Shown: positions 48,587-58,519, counted from the stretch's first letter. The stretch is DNA of 64,000 nt from a virus (IMGVR_UViG_3300031555_004120:4145-68144); one strand, 5' to 3'. Notes: generated by a model from the sequence alone, not told the origin. Numbers and translations: made by a program.

Positions 48587-48724
48587 ATGGGACCGAATAT
48601 TGGTTTAATTACAGAACAGGGAGACCTTGGTTTAGGTTTTGATGTCCTTAATGAAAAGGACCAGTCTACTTATCAGAATGAAAGTAATAAGAATACTGAT
48701 AATGATGACAAGAATGATAAATAA
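48587..48724 (+). CDS. Small acidic protein, 45 aa (not in ORF track)
   Basis: AGGAGG RBS; ITEQ/LNEK/QNES motifs. Confidence 0.5.
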   Translation: MGPNIGLITEQGDLGLGFDVLNEKDQSTYQNESNKNTDNDDKNDK

Positions 48725-48790
48725 GATTCTTATAGAGTCCTTAGGAGTGAAATATCTCCTAAGGATTTTAGCTTATTTTTGGTAGCAATA

Positions 48791-48928
48791 ATTTCGTTAT
48801 ATGTTCAATAGGGAGAACGGTTGGCTGACACCCAGCAGAATTAAGAGAATTATGAGAGCTTAATCAAGACTTACCGGACAATGTCAAGTTTAGGTAGTAT
48901 AAGTGTGGTTCGATTCCACTAACGAAAT
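48791..48928 (+). ncRNA. tRNA-like RNA with GAC anticodon, 8-9/4 acceptor/T geometry and a ~68-nt variable region
   Basis: Acceptor ATTTCGTTA/TAACGAAAT; D arm GTTC-AATAGGGA-GAAC; anticodon arm GTTGG-CTGACAC-CCAGC; T arm GTGG-TTCGATT-CCAC; no encoded CCA. Confidence 0.65.
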
Positions 48929-48977
48929 ATTGATTACATAGATGATACTATATTAACTCATTTAAGGAGGAAAAAAG

Positions 48978-50084
48978 ATGAATGCATTATTGATTGGTGT
49001 TGGTGCAGCTGGAAATAAAGCAGTTGTAACAGCAATCGAAAACGGTACTATGAAAGTCGAGGATACAGCAATTGTAAACTCAACAAGTAGAGATTTCCCT
49101 AAAGAATATCAGGGAACAAAGATTATCTTATCTGCAACAGATACTGGTTGTGGTAAAGAGAGATCTGTAAGCAAGGCTTATACGAAGAAAGCTATCGGAG
49201 AAGGAAAGTTCAATTTCAATGAAAAGATGGCTCAGTATGCTACTGTTATTATTGTAACTTCTGTAGAAGGTGGAACAGGTTCAGGTGCTACTCCTACATT
49301 AGCTAAGTTCTTTAATAAAGTTTATACTAAGAACGTTCATATTATTGCTTTCACAGGCTTTGAAGATGATGTTAGAGGTCTTGCTAATACAGTAGATTTC
49401 TTTAAAGAAATTGATCCTGCTATTATTGTTCAGACTATCTCCAATGCATCTTTCTTACCTGCAGCTGGACAGAATAAGATGAAAGCAGAAGAATTGGCTA
49501 ACAGAGAAATGGCTGAAAGAGTAAGAGTTCTTATTGGTAAAGACTTCATTGATGGACGTCAGAATATTGATGATACTGATATCTTGAAGTTATCTAATAC
49601 TTCTGGTTATATGACCGTTGAAAAGAAGTGTTTTAGTAAATCTCTTGAAACTAGAGATGATTTTGAGAAGATTATCAAGAATATGATCTATAATACAGCT
49701 TCTATTAAGACGAGTGATCCTGCAGCTGTAAGACTTGGTGTTATTATGAATATCAGTCCTGCATCTGAAGATGCTATTGATGGTTCATTCAAGTCTCTTA
49801 AAGCAGCTTATGGTAATCCTTTTGAATTCTTTAGTCAGATTCAGTGGGATGGTAAAACAGAATATATTGCTTATATTGCATCCGGTATGAAGATGCCAAT
49901 TGAAGAGGTTCAGGCTGTATATGAAAGATATAAAGAACAGACAGCTAAGATTAATAAATCTGGTGATAGCTTCTTCTCTGCTATGGAAAGTATGGGAACA
50001 TTAGAGGAAGATTCTAAGTTCAATATGATTAAAGAAGTAGAGAAAGGTATGTCGATCGCAGATTTTCTTAGCGAAGATGACTAA
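48978..50084 (+). CDS. Tubulin/FtsZ-family GTPase (PhuZ/TubZ-like)
   Basis: IGVGAAGNKAV, GCGK, the signature EGGTGSGA and NIDDTD (T7 loop-like). Confidence 0.85.
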   Translation: MNALLIGVGAAGNKAVVTAIENGTMKVEDTAIVNSTSRDFPKEYQGTKIILSATDTGCGKERSVSKAYTKKAIGEGKFNFNEKMAQYATVIIVTSVEGGTGSGATPTLAKFFNKVYTKNVHIIAFTGFEDDVRGLANTVDFFKEIDPAIIVQTISNASFLPAAGQNKMKAEELANREMAERVRVLIGKDFIDGRQNIDDTDILKLSNTSGYMTVEKKCFSKSLETRDDFEKIIKNMIYNTASIKTSDPAAVRLGVIMNISPASEDAIDGSFKSLKAAYGNPFEFFSQIQWDGKTEYIAYIASGMKMPIEEVQAVYERYKEQTAKINKSGDSFFSAMESMGTLEEDSKFNMIKEVEKGMSIADFLSEDD

Positions 50085-50183
50085 TAATTAATGAGACAAG
50101 GTAGCTCCATTGCGTTATGAGGGGAGTATAGTTCGGTGATGTGGAGTGGGTTATTCCGAACAATGTTTATCAAGGAGGTTCCT

Positions 50184-51065
50184 ATGAGTTTATTTCCATC
50201 ATTAAATAAGGAAGATAAATCCTTAGATGAATTAAACAAATTGCAACAAGGTTCTCTATTTCATTCAATTGAATATGAATTATCTGATATTGTAAAGAAG
50301 ATAAAGAATATTGATAATTTGAATGAGGTAGAGATTAAACAAATCATCATAAGACAGCATTCTATGATATTAAACTATGATTTATTTTTAATGTCTAATG
50401 AAACTCGCCAGGATGCACAGACATTATTTATGAATGAAAAGTTCTTGAAATGTTTTTTAGATGTAATCAGACTTATTGAAATATCTGCCCATGAGAAAAT
50501 TTGTATCAATAAGCTCGCCTATGATTACTATATTAACCCATATGGATGTGATCCTAAAGTTTCAGACTTATTATATCAATTAACTACTGAAGTTAATGGT
50601 AAAGAAGTTATTGTTCTTAGTGGTATTCTTGGATTGCGAAATGCTCAAATTCTTAGCATGATAAGAAATTCTACTTTTAATATAGAGAAAGCTGTTCATC
50701 GTGTAAATACATTTCTGGTTAAATGTAATAATAATTTGAATATTACTAGTGTATCTAGTATATATTGTCATCTTTTTGAAAAATTTACAGATGTATTTAT
50801 ATATACAATGATGGAAGCTGAACCAATTGGATTGAACTTTGAACAAAAACAAAAGTTTGATCTAATATCTATTGTTATGCTTGAGATGATGAACTCTTTA
50901 TCGTGTGCTGATATTAGAAAAGTCTTATATGATTATGCTTTTATACTTAGTATGGTAAAAGTAGATACAAGAATAAGATTTGCTATTAGAACAGCAGAAA
51001 GATATAAGAGAGTTATTTCTGTTATTGAATCTATAGAGATTCAAGATAATTTGTATATACCGTAA
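50184..51065 (+). CDS. Hypothetical helical protein downstream of the tubulin gene
   Basis: Start refined to ATG 50184 (AGGAGG RBS). Confidence 0.6.
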   Translation: MSLFPSLNKEDKSLDELNKLQQGSLFHSIEYELSDIVKKIKNIDNLNEVEIKQIIIRQHSMILNYDLFLMSNETRQDAQTLFMNEKFLKCFLDVIRLIEISAHEKICINKLAYDYYINPYGCDPKVSDLLYQLTTEVNGKEVIVLSGILGLRNAQILSMIRNSTFNIEKAVHRVNTFLVKCNNNLNITSVSSIYCHLFEKFTDVFIYTMMEAEPIGLNFEQKQKFDLISIVMLEMMNSLSCADIRKVLYDYAFILSMVKVDTRIRFAIRTAERYKRVISVIESIEIQDNLYIP

Positions 51066-51203
51066 AATTAATACAGTTTTAATTGACAATAAGATTCTCC
51101 CTCTAGGATGATGAATCCTAGAGGGACTTTATTTTATTTTTTGATTATATAATATAAATATGTAAACAAATGATACTATACTAAAAAGAAAGGAAAAAAT
51201 TTT

Positions 51204-51650
51204 ATGGGTAATGATGTAATTATTATTGATATTCTTGATAAGGTTTTAGAACCTGAATTCTGGACAATGATGATGGAAAGGAAAAGGTACACTGGACATT
51301 TGTACAGAAATAGTCCTTATGAGTCTGATGATTCTTGTGGTAACTGTGATGGAGCAAGATGTGATACTTGTAAAGAGATTATTATTCCAGCAGATATCGA
51401 ATGTTCTATTAAATGTGATAAATTGGAACAAATGTTACTTGATAAGGATGCACCTAAAGATGTAGCTCAATATTTTACTTATGACGATAGTTGTAAAATG
51501 TATTATAAAGGATATCATTTTGTATTTCCAACTGCAAAAATGTTAAAATCACAGTATCCTGAAAAATATGAAGAAATTAAAACTGCATGTATTGAAAAAG
51601 ATCGCAAAGAAAGAGAAGAGATTCAGAAGCGATTTCCAAAGAAAGCTTAA
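51204..51650 (+). CDS. Hypothetical protein with a Cys cluster (CGNC...CDTC)
   Basis: 148 aa; early-type promoter. Confidence 0.55.
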   Translation: MGNDVIIIDILDKVLEPEFWTMMMERKRYTGHLYRNSPYESDDSCGNCDGARCDTCKEIIIPADIECSIKCDKLEQMLLDKDAPKDVAQYFTYDDSCKMYYKGYHFVFPTAKMLKSQYPEKYEEIKTACIEKDRKEREEIQKRFPKKA

Positions 51651-51845
51651 TATAAGTTAGAAGAAATTAGATATCTAATGGATAGTGTACATTGGAAATA
51701 ATGCTTTTATGCATTAAAGATCATATTGCTTATAAGATGAGACGACTATCTAAAAGATCTGTAACTTATTAACCCCAATTTGGTAATTAGGTATAATTAC
51801 CTAAGTAAGAGAAAGAAGTTAAGAAGTATTAGGAGGACTCGAACA

Positions 51846-52736
51846 ATGAATTTTATATCTAAAAAACTTGGTAGAAGATTAATATGTACTAGTTTTCTAT
51901 CAATAATGTTACTTTTCACATTTACTGCTGCGGTAACAACTAGCAAGGCTGAAGGAAGATATCCTGAACCTATTATAGTTGAAGCTGAAAAAATTACTTC
52001 AGAAGATATTATTATAAATAATGAAGTATCTCCAGTAATAGAATATGTATCAGAAGAAAATATTGTAGCAGAAGTTGTAGAACTTCAGCAAACTTTTTCT
52101 GCTCCTACTGAAACAATATTGTCAGAAGTTGTTATATCAGATGAAGAAAGATGGACTTCAATTTCCCATTCATGTGAATCTTATACAATGTTTGTAAATG
52201 TATCTGTAGACAGTTCTTTAAATGTAAGATCTCAAGCTATAATTGGTGATAACATTGTTGGTGGTTTACATTATGGAGATCAGGTAACTGTAGTTGGTTA
52301 CAATACATACGATCAATCATGGTCTGCTATTGAGTATAGAGATAAAATAGCTTTTGTATCCAATGAATATTTAGAAGAGTGGGTAGATTTATCTCTCCGA
52401 AAAGATGAAACTTATCATAATCCTGAGTGGGATGGAGAAACAAAATTAAATTCTAGAAATGGTAGAATTGAAGGTCCTAGTGGTCAGGAAACTTATTATA
52501 ATCTTCCAATGGGTACATGTGTTTATTATATGAACTTATTAGGATATGATTATGAAGTATGGGTTCGTGAAGATGGTGTTAAAATGTTTGGAGACTATAT
52601 TATGGTGGCTGCTAATTTGGAAACAAGACCGAAAGGTAGCTTGGTAGAAACTTCATTAGGAACAGGTATTGTTGTAGATACTGGTGAATTTGTAAATTGG
52701 AATCCAAATGGTATTGATATTGCAGTGACTTGGTAA
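51846..52736 (+). CDS. Exported SH3b plus 3D-like domain cell-wall protein
   Basis: N-terminal signal/TM helix; LNVRS...GDQVTVVG...W..I.Y...AFVSNEYL (SH3b); IMVAAN...KGSLVETSLGTGIVVDTG (3D-like). Confidence 0.65.
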   Translation: MNFISKKLGRRLICTSFLSIMLLFTFTAAVTTSKAEGRYPEPIIVEAEKITSEDIIINNEVSPVIEYVSEENIVAEVVELQQTFSAPTETILSEVVISDEERWTSISHSCESYTMFVNVSVDSSLNVRSQAIIGDNIVGGLHYGDQVTVVGYNTYDQSWSAIEYRDKIAFVSNEYLEEWVDLSLRKDETYHNPEWDGETKLNSRNGRIEGPSGQETYYNLPMGTCVYYMNLLGYDYEVWVREDGVKMFGDYIMVAANLETRPKGSLVETSLGTGIVVDTGEFVNWNPNGIDIAVTW

Positions 52737-52849
52737 AAAGTTTTTATATAAATAGTCCTAGAAGAGAAATCTTCTAGGACTAAAATTTTTATTTTTATAC
52801 ATCTCGATACAATACATTAATATGATACTATAAGAAACGAGGTTGTAAA

Positions 52850-53428
52850 ATGTCTAACAAATTACCAAAAACACCTGAACCTGAAGTTGATAAAGAAAAT
52901 TGTATAGATTGGAAAGCTATAGCTATTAATCAAGAAAAAGTCAGATTATCTTACGAGAGACAAAAAAGAAAAATTAAGATTTTTAATATTGTATGTATAG
53001 CTATCTCTATTATTTTATCAATTTTAGTTATATTTTTAGTTAGATATTGTAGACATAATATTGATAAACAAAGAGAATATCTTCAATCAGAATATGAAAC
53101 TTTTATAGAAGATGGTGTTACAATGACAAATGATGGTCTTATATACTTTGTAGCAAAAGTAAGAGATTTAGTAGTAGCACCAGCAATGGTAGGAGACAAT
53201 GTAATTAGCGGACCATCTACATATATCTATATTGTAGATTATGATGGTCATGTATTTTCAACAAAGTTTCATCCAGAGCTTTTATTACTTACAGATGGTT
53301 CATATATCAAAGTTTATTATAAACTAGAATATGTAGATGAAGTTTATATTGAACTTTCTGATTATGAAATATATGGTAACTTAGAAAATGAATATTATTT
53401 AAACGCGGAGGTCAATGGAAATGAGTAA
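52850..53428 (+). CDS. Single-pass membrane protein
   Basis: TM helix IFNIVCIAISIILSILVIFLV. Confidence 0.55.
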   Translation: MSNKLPKTPEPEVDKENCIDWKAIAINQEKVRLSYERQKRKIKIFNIVCIAISIILSILVIFLVRYCRHNIDKQREYLQSEYETFIEDGVTMTNDGLIYFVAKVRDLVVAPAMVGDNVISGPSTYIYIVDYDGHVFSTKFHPELLLLTDGSYIKVYYKLEYVDEVYIELSDYEIYGNLENEYYLNAEVNGNE

Positions 53429-54293
53429 TGAGAAAATTCAAGACACAGAAATTATTGGGGACAAAGCAGTAGATGTAGAAAATATAACTCCGTCTGCTTA
53501 TTTTGATTATGTCAAAGGTTTAAAGGAAAAATTAAATAGAGAAGAATATAATATCATTATTGATTCTGCACTTAAGATGATTGAGAAGTGTAAGATTACC
53601 AGACAGACTGCTATGGCTAAAGAATTAGCACATCAGGTTGATTTGGCTCTCAGAGAACTTAATGCTGCTAATGAAGGATTTGATATATTTGTTAATAGAA
53701 AAGTAATCGAAAAATATATTAGCGATGTAGAAGGAAAAGCTATCAAGATTATTGAACTCTCAGAATATACCAGAGAGATTCCGGAAGAAGTTATGGATAG
53801 AGTAGCGAAAGCTGCTGATATTTTTGATCAGATGTATATTGTCTTTACAGATTATACCAAAAAAGAGTCTAAGAGAGTAGCTAAAGAAAGAAGAGACAAG
53901 GATCCTATCTTATTTGGTGCATTTCAAGATAAACAAGGCGATGGTAAGAATAAAATCTATATCGAGGATAGATTATTCTTTATTGCTGACTGGGTTGATG
54001 ATACTTGTGATCTTACTCTTGAACAGATTGTAAGACAGACTCAGGGTAAATCTGATGAAGTTCTTACTTATAAGGTAAATACCCCTGAAGATTTTGAACA
54101 GGTTAAATCTTATTTGAATAGTTTCTCTAAGCCTATTGAAGAAGTTAAAGAGAGTGAGGTTATTAAACCTGTAAAACTTTTTGATAAGGTAAAAGCAGCT
54201 GCCAAGAAAGCTACTACAAGAAAGAAATCTACAACAGGTACAACTGGAGCGAAAAGAGGTAGAAAGAAGAAATCTGAAACGACGGAGGAATAA
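53415..54293 (+). CDS. Hypothetical protein with a Lys-rich tail
   Basis: 292 aa; DPILFG motif. Confidence 0.55.
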   Translation: MEMSNEKIQDTEIIGDKAVDVENITPSAYFDYVKGLKEKLNREEYNIIIDSALKMIEKCKITRQTAMAKELAHQVDLALRELNAANEGFDIFVNRKVIEKYISDVEGKAIKIIELSEYTREIPEEVMDRVAKAADIFDQMYIVFTDYTKKESKRVAKERRDKDPILFGAFQDKQGDGKNKIYIEDRLFFIADWVDDTCDLTLEQIVRQTQGKSDEVLTYKVNTPEDFEQVKSYLNSFSKPIEEVKESEVIKPVKLFDKVKAAAKKATTRKKSTTGTTGAKRGRKKKSETTEE

Positions 54294-54296
54294 TAT

Positions 54297-55469
54297 ATGG
54301 CTCTTGTAGAAGGTGATATTGACCTCACTCAAAATCTAGATTTTTACAGGAAGAAGCCCAAAAAGCTTCTTCCTGCTAATGTTAAACTTTTGGGTAGAGA
54401 TGATGTACCAGAGTCTAAATTAAATACTTCAATTGATAATCTTTATATTACTACTGTTTCTAGAAGTAGTGTGTCTATTAGTTATAGTAATACTAGCAAT
54501 TATCAAACAGTTCGTAGATGGACAATAAATAATAATAATAATGAAGAGTTTAACTATATAGATATAGATGATAGTACTATATCTAATAGTGATAATAATC
54601 TTTATATTACAAGCAGTAACTATAGTACAAGTATTACAACTACAATAAATAGTAGCAATACAACTTCTACCAGTTTTTCGATGAGATATATTTTGGATGA
54701 TAGTGATGAATTAGATTCTTGGATTACTACTAAGAAGAATTATAAGAGAAAATATAACTCTGCTATAGATACAGTAAAAAGAATATTTTCATTATGGGAT
54801 TCTAGAGACGTATTTGAAGAAAAAAGAAGTTTGGAAATTTATCAATGCGGTTGTGGAGCAGAATTTTTAGCTCCAAGAGATTTTTATGGTTGTTGCAAAA
54901 AATGTCTAAGGAACGAAGAACTTAAAAAGAAAGAAGAAATGTATGCTTCAAGAATCAGATATAATAGAATATTTCAATTCAGACATAAAAAGATCGTTGA
55001 TGATTATGACTATATAGGTGATGAAGTTCCCTGGCATAATACGGGTGAATCTTTCGGTATACCAAAACCTAGAAGTTCTATAGAAGCAAGATACTTTATG
55101 CTTTCTGGAAAGAATAATAGTACTCGTAGGTATGGTATTCCTTGGTTTCAAAATCTTAACCAAAGAATATATGATGATTATATTGATGAACTTAAAAATG
55201 GAGAGAAAGACTATAGTTCTTATCTTACAAATATGAGTTGGATAGGAATTCATAGACAAACAGATGATGAAGAGTTTATTGATTCTTTAAATCTTGAAAA
55301 CATAAGAGAAGTTTATACTGATGATGATTTTAGACCAGTCAATGTGATTCCTGATGAATATATCGAAGACGTTCCTTTATTTAGAGATGACAATCAAATT
55401 ACAATATCAAATGGTAGTGATTTATATTGGACTAACTCAGATCTTGAGACTATGGTATATAGTAGTTAA
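54297..55469 (+). CDS. Hypothetical protein with an S/T/N low-complexity region and a Cys cluster
   Basis: CGCG...CCKKC. Confidence 0.55.
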   Translation: MALVEGDIDLTQNLDFYRKKPKKLLPANVKLLGRDDVPESKLNTSIDNLYITTVSRSSVSISYSNTSNYQTVRRWTINNNNNEEFNYIDIDDSTISNSDNNLYITSSNYSTSITTTINSSNTTSTSFSMRYILDDSDELDSWITTKKNYKRKYNSAIDTVKRIFSLWDSRDVFEEKRSLEIYQCGCGAEFLAPRDFYGCCKKCLRNEELKKKEEMYASRIRYNRIFQFRHKKIVDDYDYIGDEVPWHNTGESFGIPKPRSSIEARYFMLSGKNNSTRRYGIPWFQNLNQRIYDDYIDELKNGEKDYSSYLTNMSWIGIHRQTDDEEFIDSLNLENIREVYTDDDFRPVNVIPDEYIEDVPLFRDDNQITISNGSDLYWTNSDLETMVYSS

Positions 55470-55568
55470 ACAATATGAAACCCGTAGGAGTTTGTAACTC
55501 CTACGGGTTTATTTTTTAGTTTTGATGACTTATTTTCATATTTGTTTTATCGTATACAATAATAGAGA

Positions 55569-56510
55569 TTAACTATTTCTATTGTCAGAATGATCACGAA
55601 CTTCCAGATCAAGATATCGATGTTCATAGAGATCCGCTAAATCTCCATTACCGTTATTATTACGATAATCTCTATATTTTACTCGAATCTTTTTATCTTC
55701 TGCTGGAGTTACATATCCTCTTGCAAGAGCAGCATAAATCATATCCTCAAGTTCAAACTTAATGTTATTCTTCATTAACGATTGCATGTTCTTGAGCATA
55801 GTATTCTGATCTTTTAATTCTTTTGTATGTCGTTCAAGAATAATAGATTGTTCCTTTTGTACATCAATAATTCTGTTTATTGTAGCCTCTATCTTCTTAC
55901 TATCCGATAAAGTTCCATCCTCACGCAAAACAAATTTATCATCTGTACCAGCTTCACCGTTATTGATATTAATATTAATTTCATTATGCTGATCAACCGG
56001 TTTCTTATTTTCTGACCCTTCATCATTATTAGTTTCATTTAATGGATTTTTTAATAGTTTATACTTTGATTCATGTTTTAACAAGAATTCTGTATCAAAC
56101 CATATTGATGCTAAAAATCCCACCAAAGGAGCTACAACAATATTCCATATAATGACAATCTCGTCAGAATTAGCCAATTTTACCAATAAATAACAAACCA
56201 AAAAAGCGAAAATATAACATAAAGATAGATGAGCAACAACATATGTTTTGTATCTATTAAATAGTTTCTTTCCTTCATTCTTGGATGTATCGATATCGGC
56301 ACTCTTGATATACATTGCAAATCGTGCAATAAAACAAATTAATAAGAAAATTAGATTAAGTACAAAATGTGTGCTATTATATTGAGCAGAATTAATCTTG
56401 TCAAAGAAATGAACAACAACATCTTCAGCTTCACCTATATTTCCATCTATGTTTACACTAGCAACCGCCATCAAATTAGCTAATGTAAAATTGCTAACTG
56501 GATTAATCAT
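55569..56510 (-). CDS. Holin-like membrane protein
   Basis: Start refined to ATG 56510; about 3 TM helices, a coiled coil and C-terminal GYVT...YRDYRNNNGNG...LY, as in phage holin-associated proteins. Confidence 0.5.
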   Translation of the reverse strand: MINPVSNFTLANLMAVASVNIDGNIGEAEDVVVHFFDKINSAQYNSTHFVLNLIFLLICFIARFAMYIKSADIDTSKNEGKKLFNRYKTYVVAHLSLCYIFAFLVCYLLVKLANSDEIVIIWNIVVAPLVGFLASIWFDTEFLLKHESKYKLLKNPLNETNNDEGSENKKPVDQHNEINININNGEAGTDDKFVLREDGTLSDSKKIEATINRIIDVQKEQSIILERHTKELKDQNTMLKNMQSLMKNNIKFELEDMIYAALARGYVTPAEDKKIRVKYRDYRNNNGNGDLADLYEHRYLDLEVRDHSDNRNS

Positions 56511-56626
56511 ATCATATATTATCCTCCTTTGTGAGTATTTTGATCGATTAATGTCGTTTATTATATAAAAGTTAACCATAAAAGATGCTCTTAGAGGTTA
56601 CCCTCTAAGAGCAACAATTTTGATAT

Positions 56627-56944
56627 TTATAACGGAGAGTAAACAGATGTAATCTGTCTAACAAGATTTTCAAGTGTATTCATACGCTCATACATTTCAG
56701 CAGGCTGATCCAATACACCTTTAATATTAGAAATATCATTATTGATGATACTGTTGCAGATTGATTCGACAGTCTCAATTTTGCTATATTTTCTTACTCT
56801 TACTTCTTCAAGTTTAATATCAATAATTCCACACTCTTTAACAATGAAGACATTAGTTGTATTAGTTTCAATAGAATCCAAAGTATTAGTAATATCTACC
56901 ATCAATGTATCAAAAGTGATTTCAGGAGTTGTTATTCCTTCCAT
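56627..56944 (-). CDS. Hypothetical protein
   Basis: Start refined to ATG 56944. Confidence 0.5.
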   Translation of the reverse strand: MEGITTPEITFDTLMVDITNTLDSIETNTTNVFIVKECGIIDIKLEEVRVRKYSKIETVESICNSIINNDISNIKGVLDQPAEMYERMNTLENLVRQITSVYSPL

Positions 56945-57124
56945 GATTGTTAACCATCCTTTCTTATGATTATATTTAATAAAAAGTGCTTTATAGAAAA
57001 ATGTAAAAATTGCAATTTTCAATTATATACTATAATTATGAATAAAGATACATATTACTTAAGATGATATCTTATTCACAAATGATACTCTTAAACAATA
57101 TAAAGAAAAACGGAGGAAAATAAT

Positions 57125-57799
57125 ATGAAGATTATTATGAGTATTAAGGAAATGGCAGCATTAGCAGGAGTAGCGAAACAGTTTGATGAAATTATTAATC
57201 CTAAGGACCAGAAGAGAACAGTTCAGGATATGATCACTCAGATGATCAATGATTTCAAGGAACCAGAGAAGCATAGCTTCTTTAGTATGAAGTTGGATTC
57301 TGAAATGAATCTGGTAGTAGAGTGTGAGGCAGATGCAGTTGCTAAGTTACTTGGAATTTTTAAAGACTTTGTTTCTACAATGTATCCTCTATATAAGGCA
57401 GCATGTGAATGTGGTGCAAGTTTTGGTCAGCGTATTCAGGAAGTAGTTGATGAATATAAGGAACCTGAAAAGGAAGAAGATCATCCTGTACCAGCAGCAG
57501 TTGTTGTAGTTACCAGAGGAGCAAAAGTTCCTGATGAAGAAAGCTTCGAAGAGAGATTTGCTAGAACGCAGGAAGAAATCAACGCAGCTCATAAAGAAAT
57601 GGAAGAAAGAAGAGCTGCATTCGAAAAAGCACATGCTGAAAGAACCAAGGAGATTGACAGAGCAGTTAAGAAAATGAGAAATAAATACAAGAAAGATTTT
57701 AAGTGCAATAAGTGCGGCAGAAATGCCAAGCTGGATCCTTTAGCAAATAATCATACTTGTAAGAATTGCGGTTCTACGATGGTTCAGATTTTTCAGTAA
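57125..57799 (+). CDS. Hypothetical early protein with a C-terminal Zn ribbon
   Basis: CNKC...CKNC; TATACTAT promoter variant at 57026-57033. Confidence 0.55.
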   Translation: MKIIMSIKEMAALAGVAKQFDEIINPKDQKRTVQDMITQMINDFKEPEKHSFFSMKLDSEMNLVVECEADAVAKLLGIFKDFVSTMYPLYKAACECGASFGQRIQEVVDEYKEPEKEEDHPVPAAVVVVTRGAKVPDEESFEERFARTQEEINAAHKEMEERRAAFEKAHAERTKEIDRAVKKMRNKYKKDFKCNKCGRNAKLDPLANNHTCKNCGSTMVQIFQ

Positions 57800-57861
57800 T
57801 AATATAAGGCTAGGTTGAAATATACCTAGCCTTTATTTTTAAAATTTAGGAGGGAAAAATA

Positions 57862-58506
57862 ATGAAGATTGAAGAATTGAAGAGAATGTATACTGGTGAT
57901 GAAACTAATAATTATTATGAGGTATCTACTCCTCAGAAGACAGAGCATGGATATCTTGTAGACAATCTTAAAGATGGTACAATGACTGAAATTTATAATC
58001 TTGAATATCAGAAGTCAAAATATCATCAGGAAGGATTGACAGAGCATATTGCATTGGTAGCTCACAAGATGCATCAGATGACTATGTTTACATCAAGAAA
58101 ACAGAATAGAATAGCGGTAGCAATTGCTATTCTTCATGATCTTGGTAAGAAGTTTACTATCAAGATCAATCAGGTTGGCGATGTGTGTTATTGGAATCAT
58201 GAATCATTATCTGCCAATCTTGCAAGAGATTTTCTGTTAACTCATAACGATGATGGTCACTTTACAGATGAAGAGATCAATATGATCTTTATTATCATCC
58301 ATCAGCATCTTCAGTTAAAATTAATCAAAGATGAAATTGCCAGAAGATGTTATATAGAGGGATTCAAGAAGATATATGGAGCAGAAGCATATGATTATCT
58401 TGAGCTGCTTGATCAGGCAGATCAGGGTTATCCAGAAGGAACAGAAATTGATTATAATTACATCAATGAGGGATTCTCTATTATTGAGGATTACTTATAT
58501 TTTTAA
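57862..58506 (+). CDS. HD-domain phosphohydrolase
   Basis: YHQE...EH, ILHDLGK, WNHESLS, HQH and QAD motifs. Confidence 0.8.
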   Translation: MKIEELKRMYTGDETNNYYEVSTPQKTEHGYLVDNLKDGTMTEIYNLEYQKSKYHQEGLTEHIALVAHKMHQMTMFTSRKQNRIAVAIAILHDLGKKFTIKINQVGDVCYWNHESLSANLARDFLLTHNDDGHFTDEEINMIFIIIHQHLQLKLIKDEIARRCYIEGFKKIYGAEAYDYLELLDQADQGYPEGTEIDYNYINEGFSIIEDYLYF

Positions 58507-58519
58507 GGAGGAAAACAAT

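Noticed and set aside
48791-48928. tmRNA interpretation of the tRNA-like element
   Set aside because: It has a paired D stem and a complete anticodon arm, is too short, and shows no tag reading frame.
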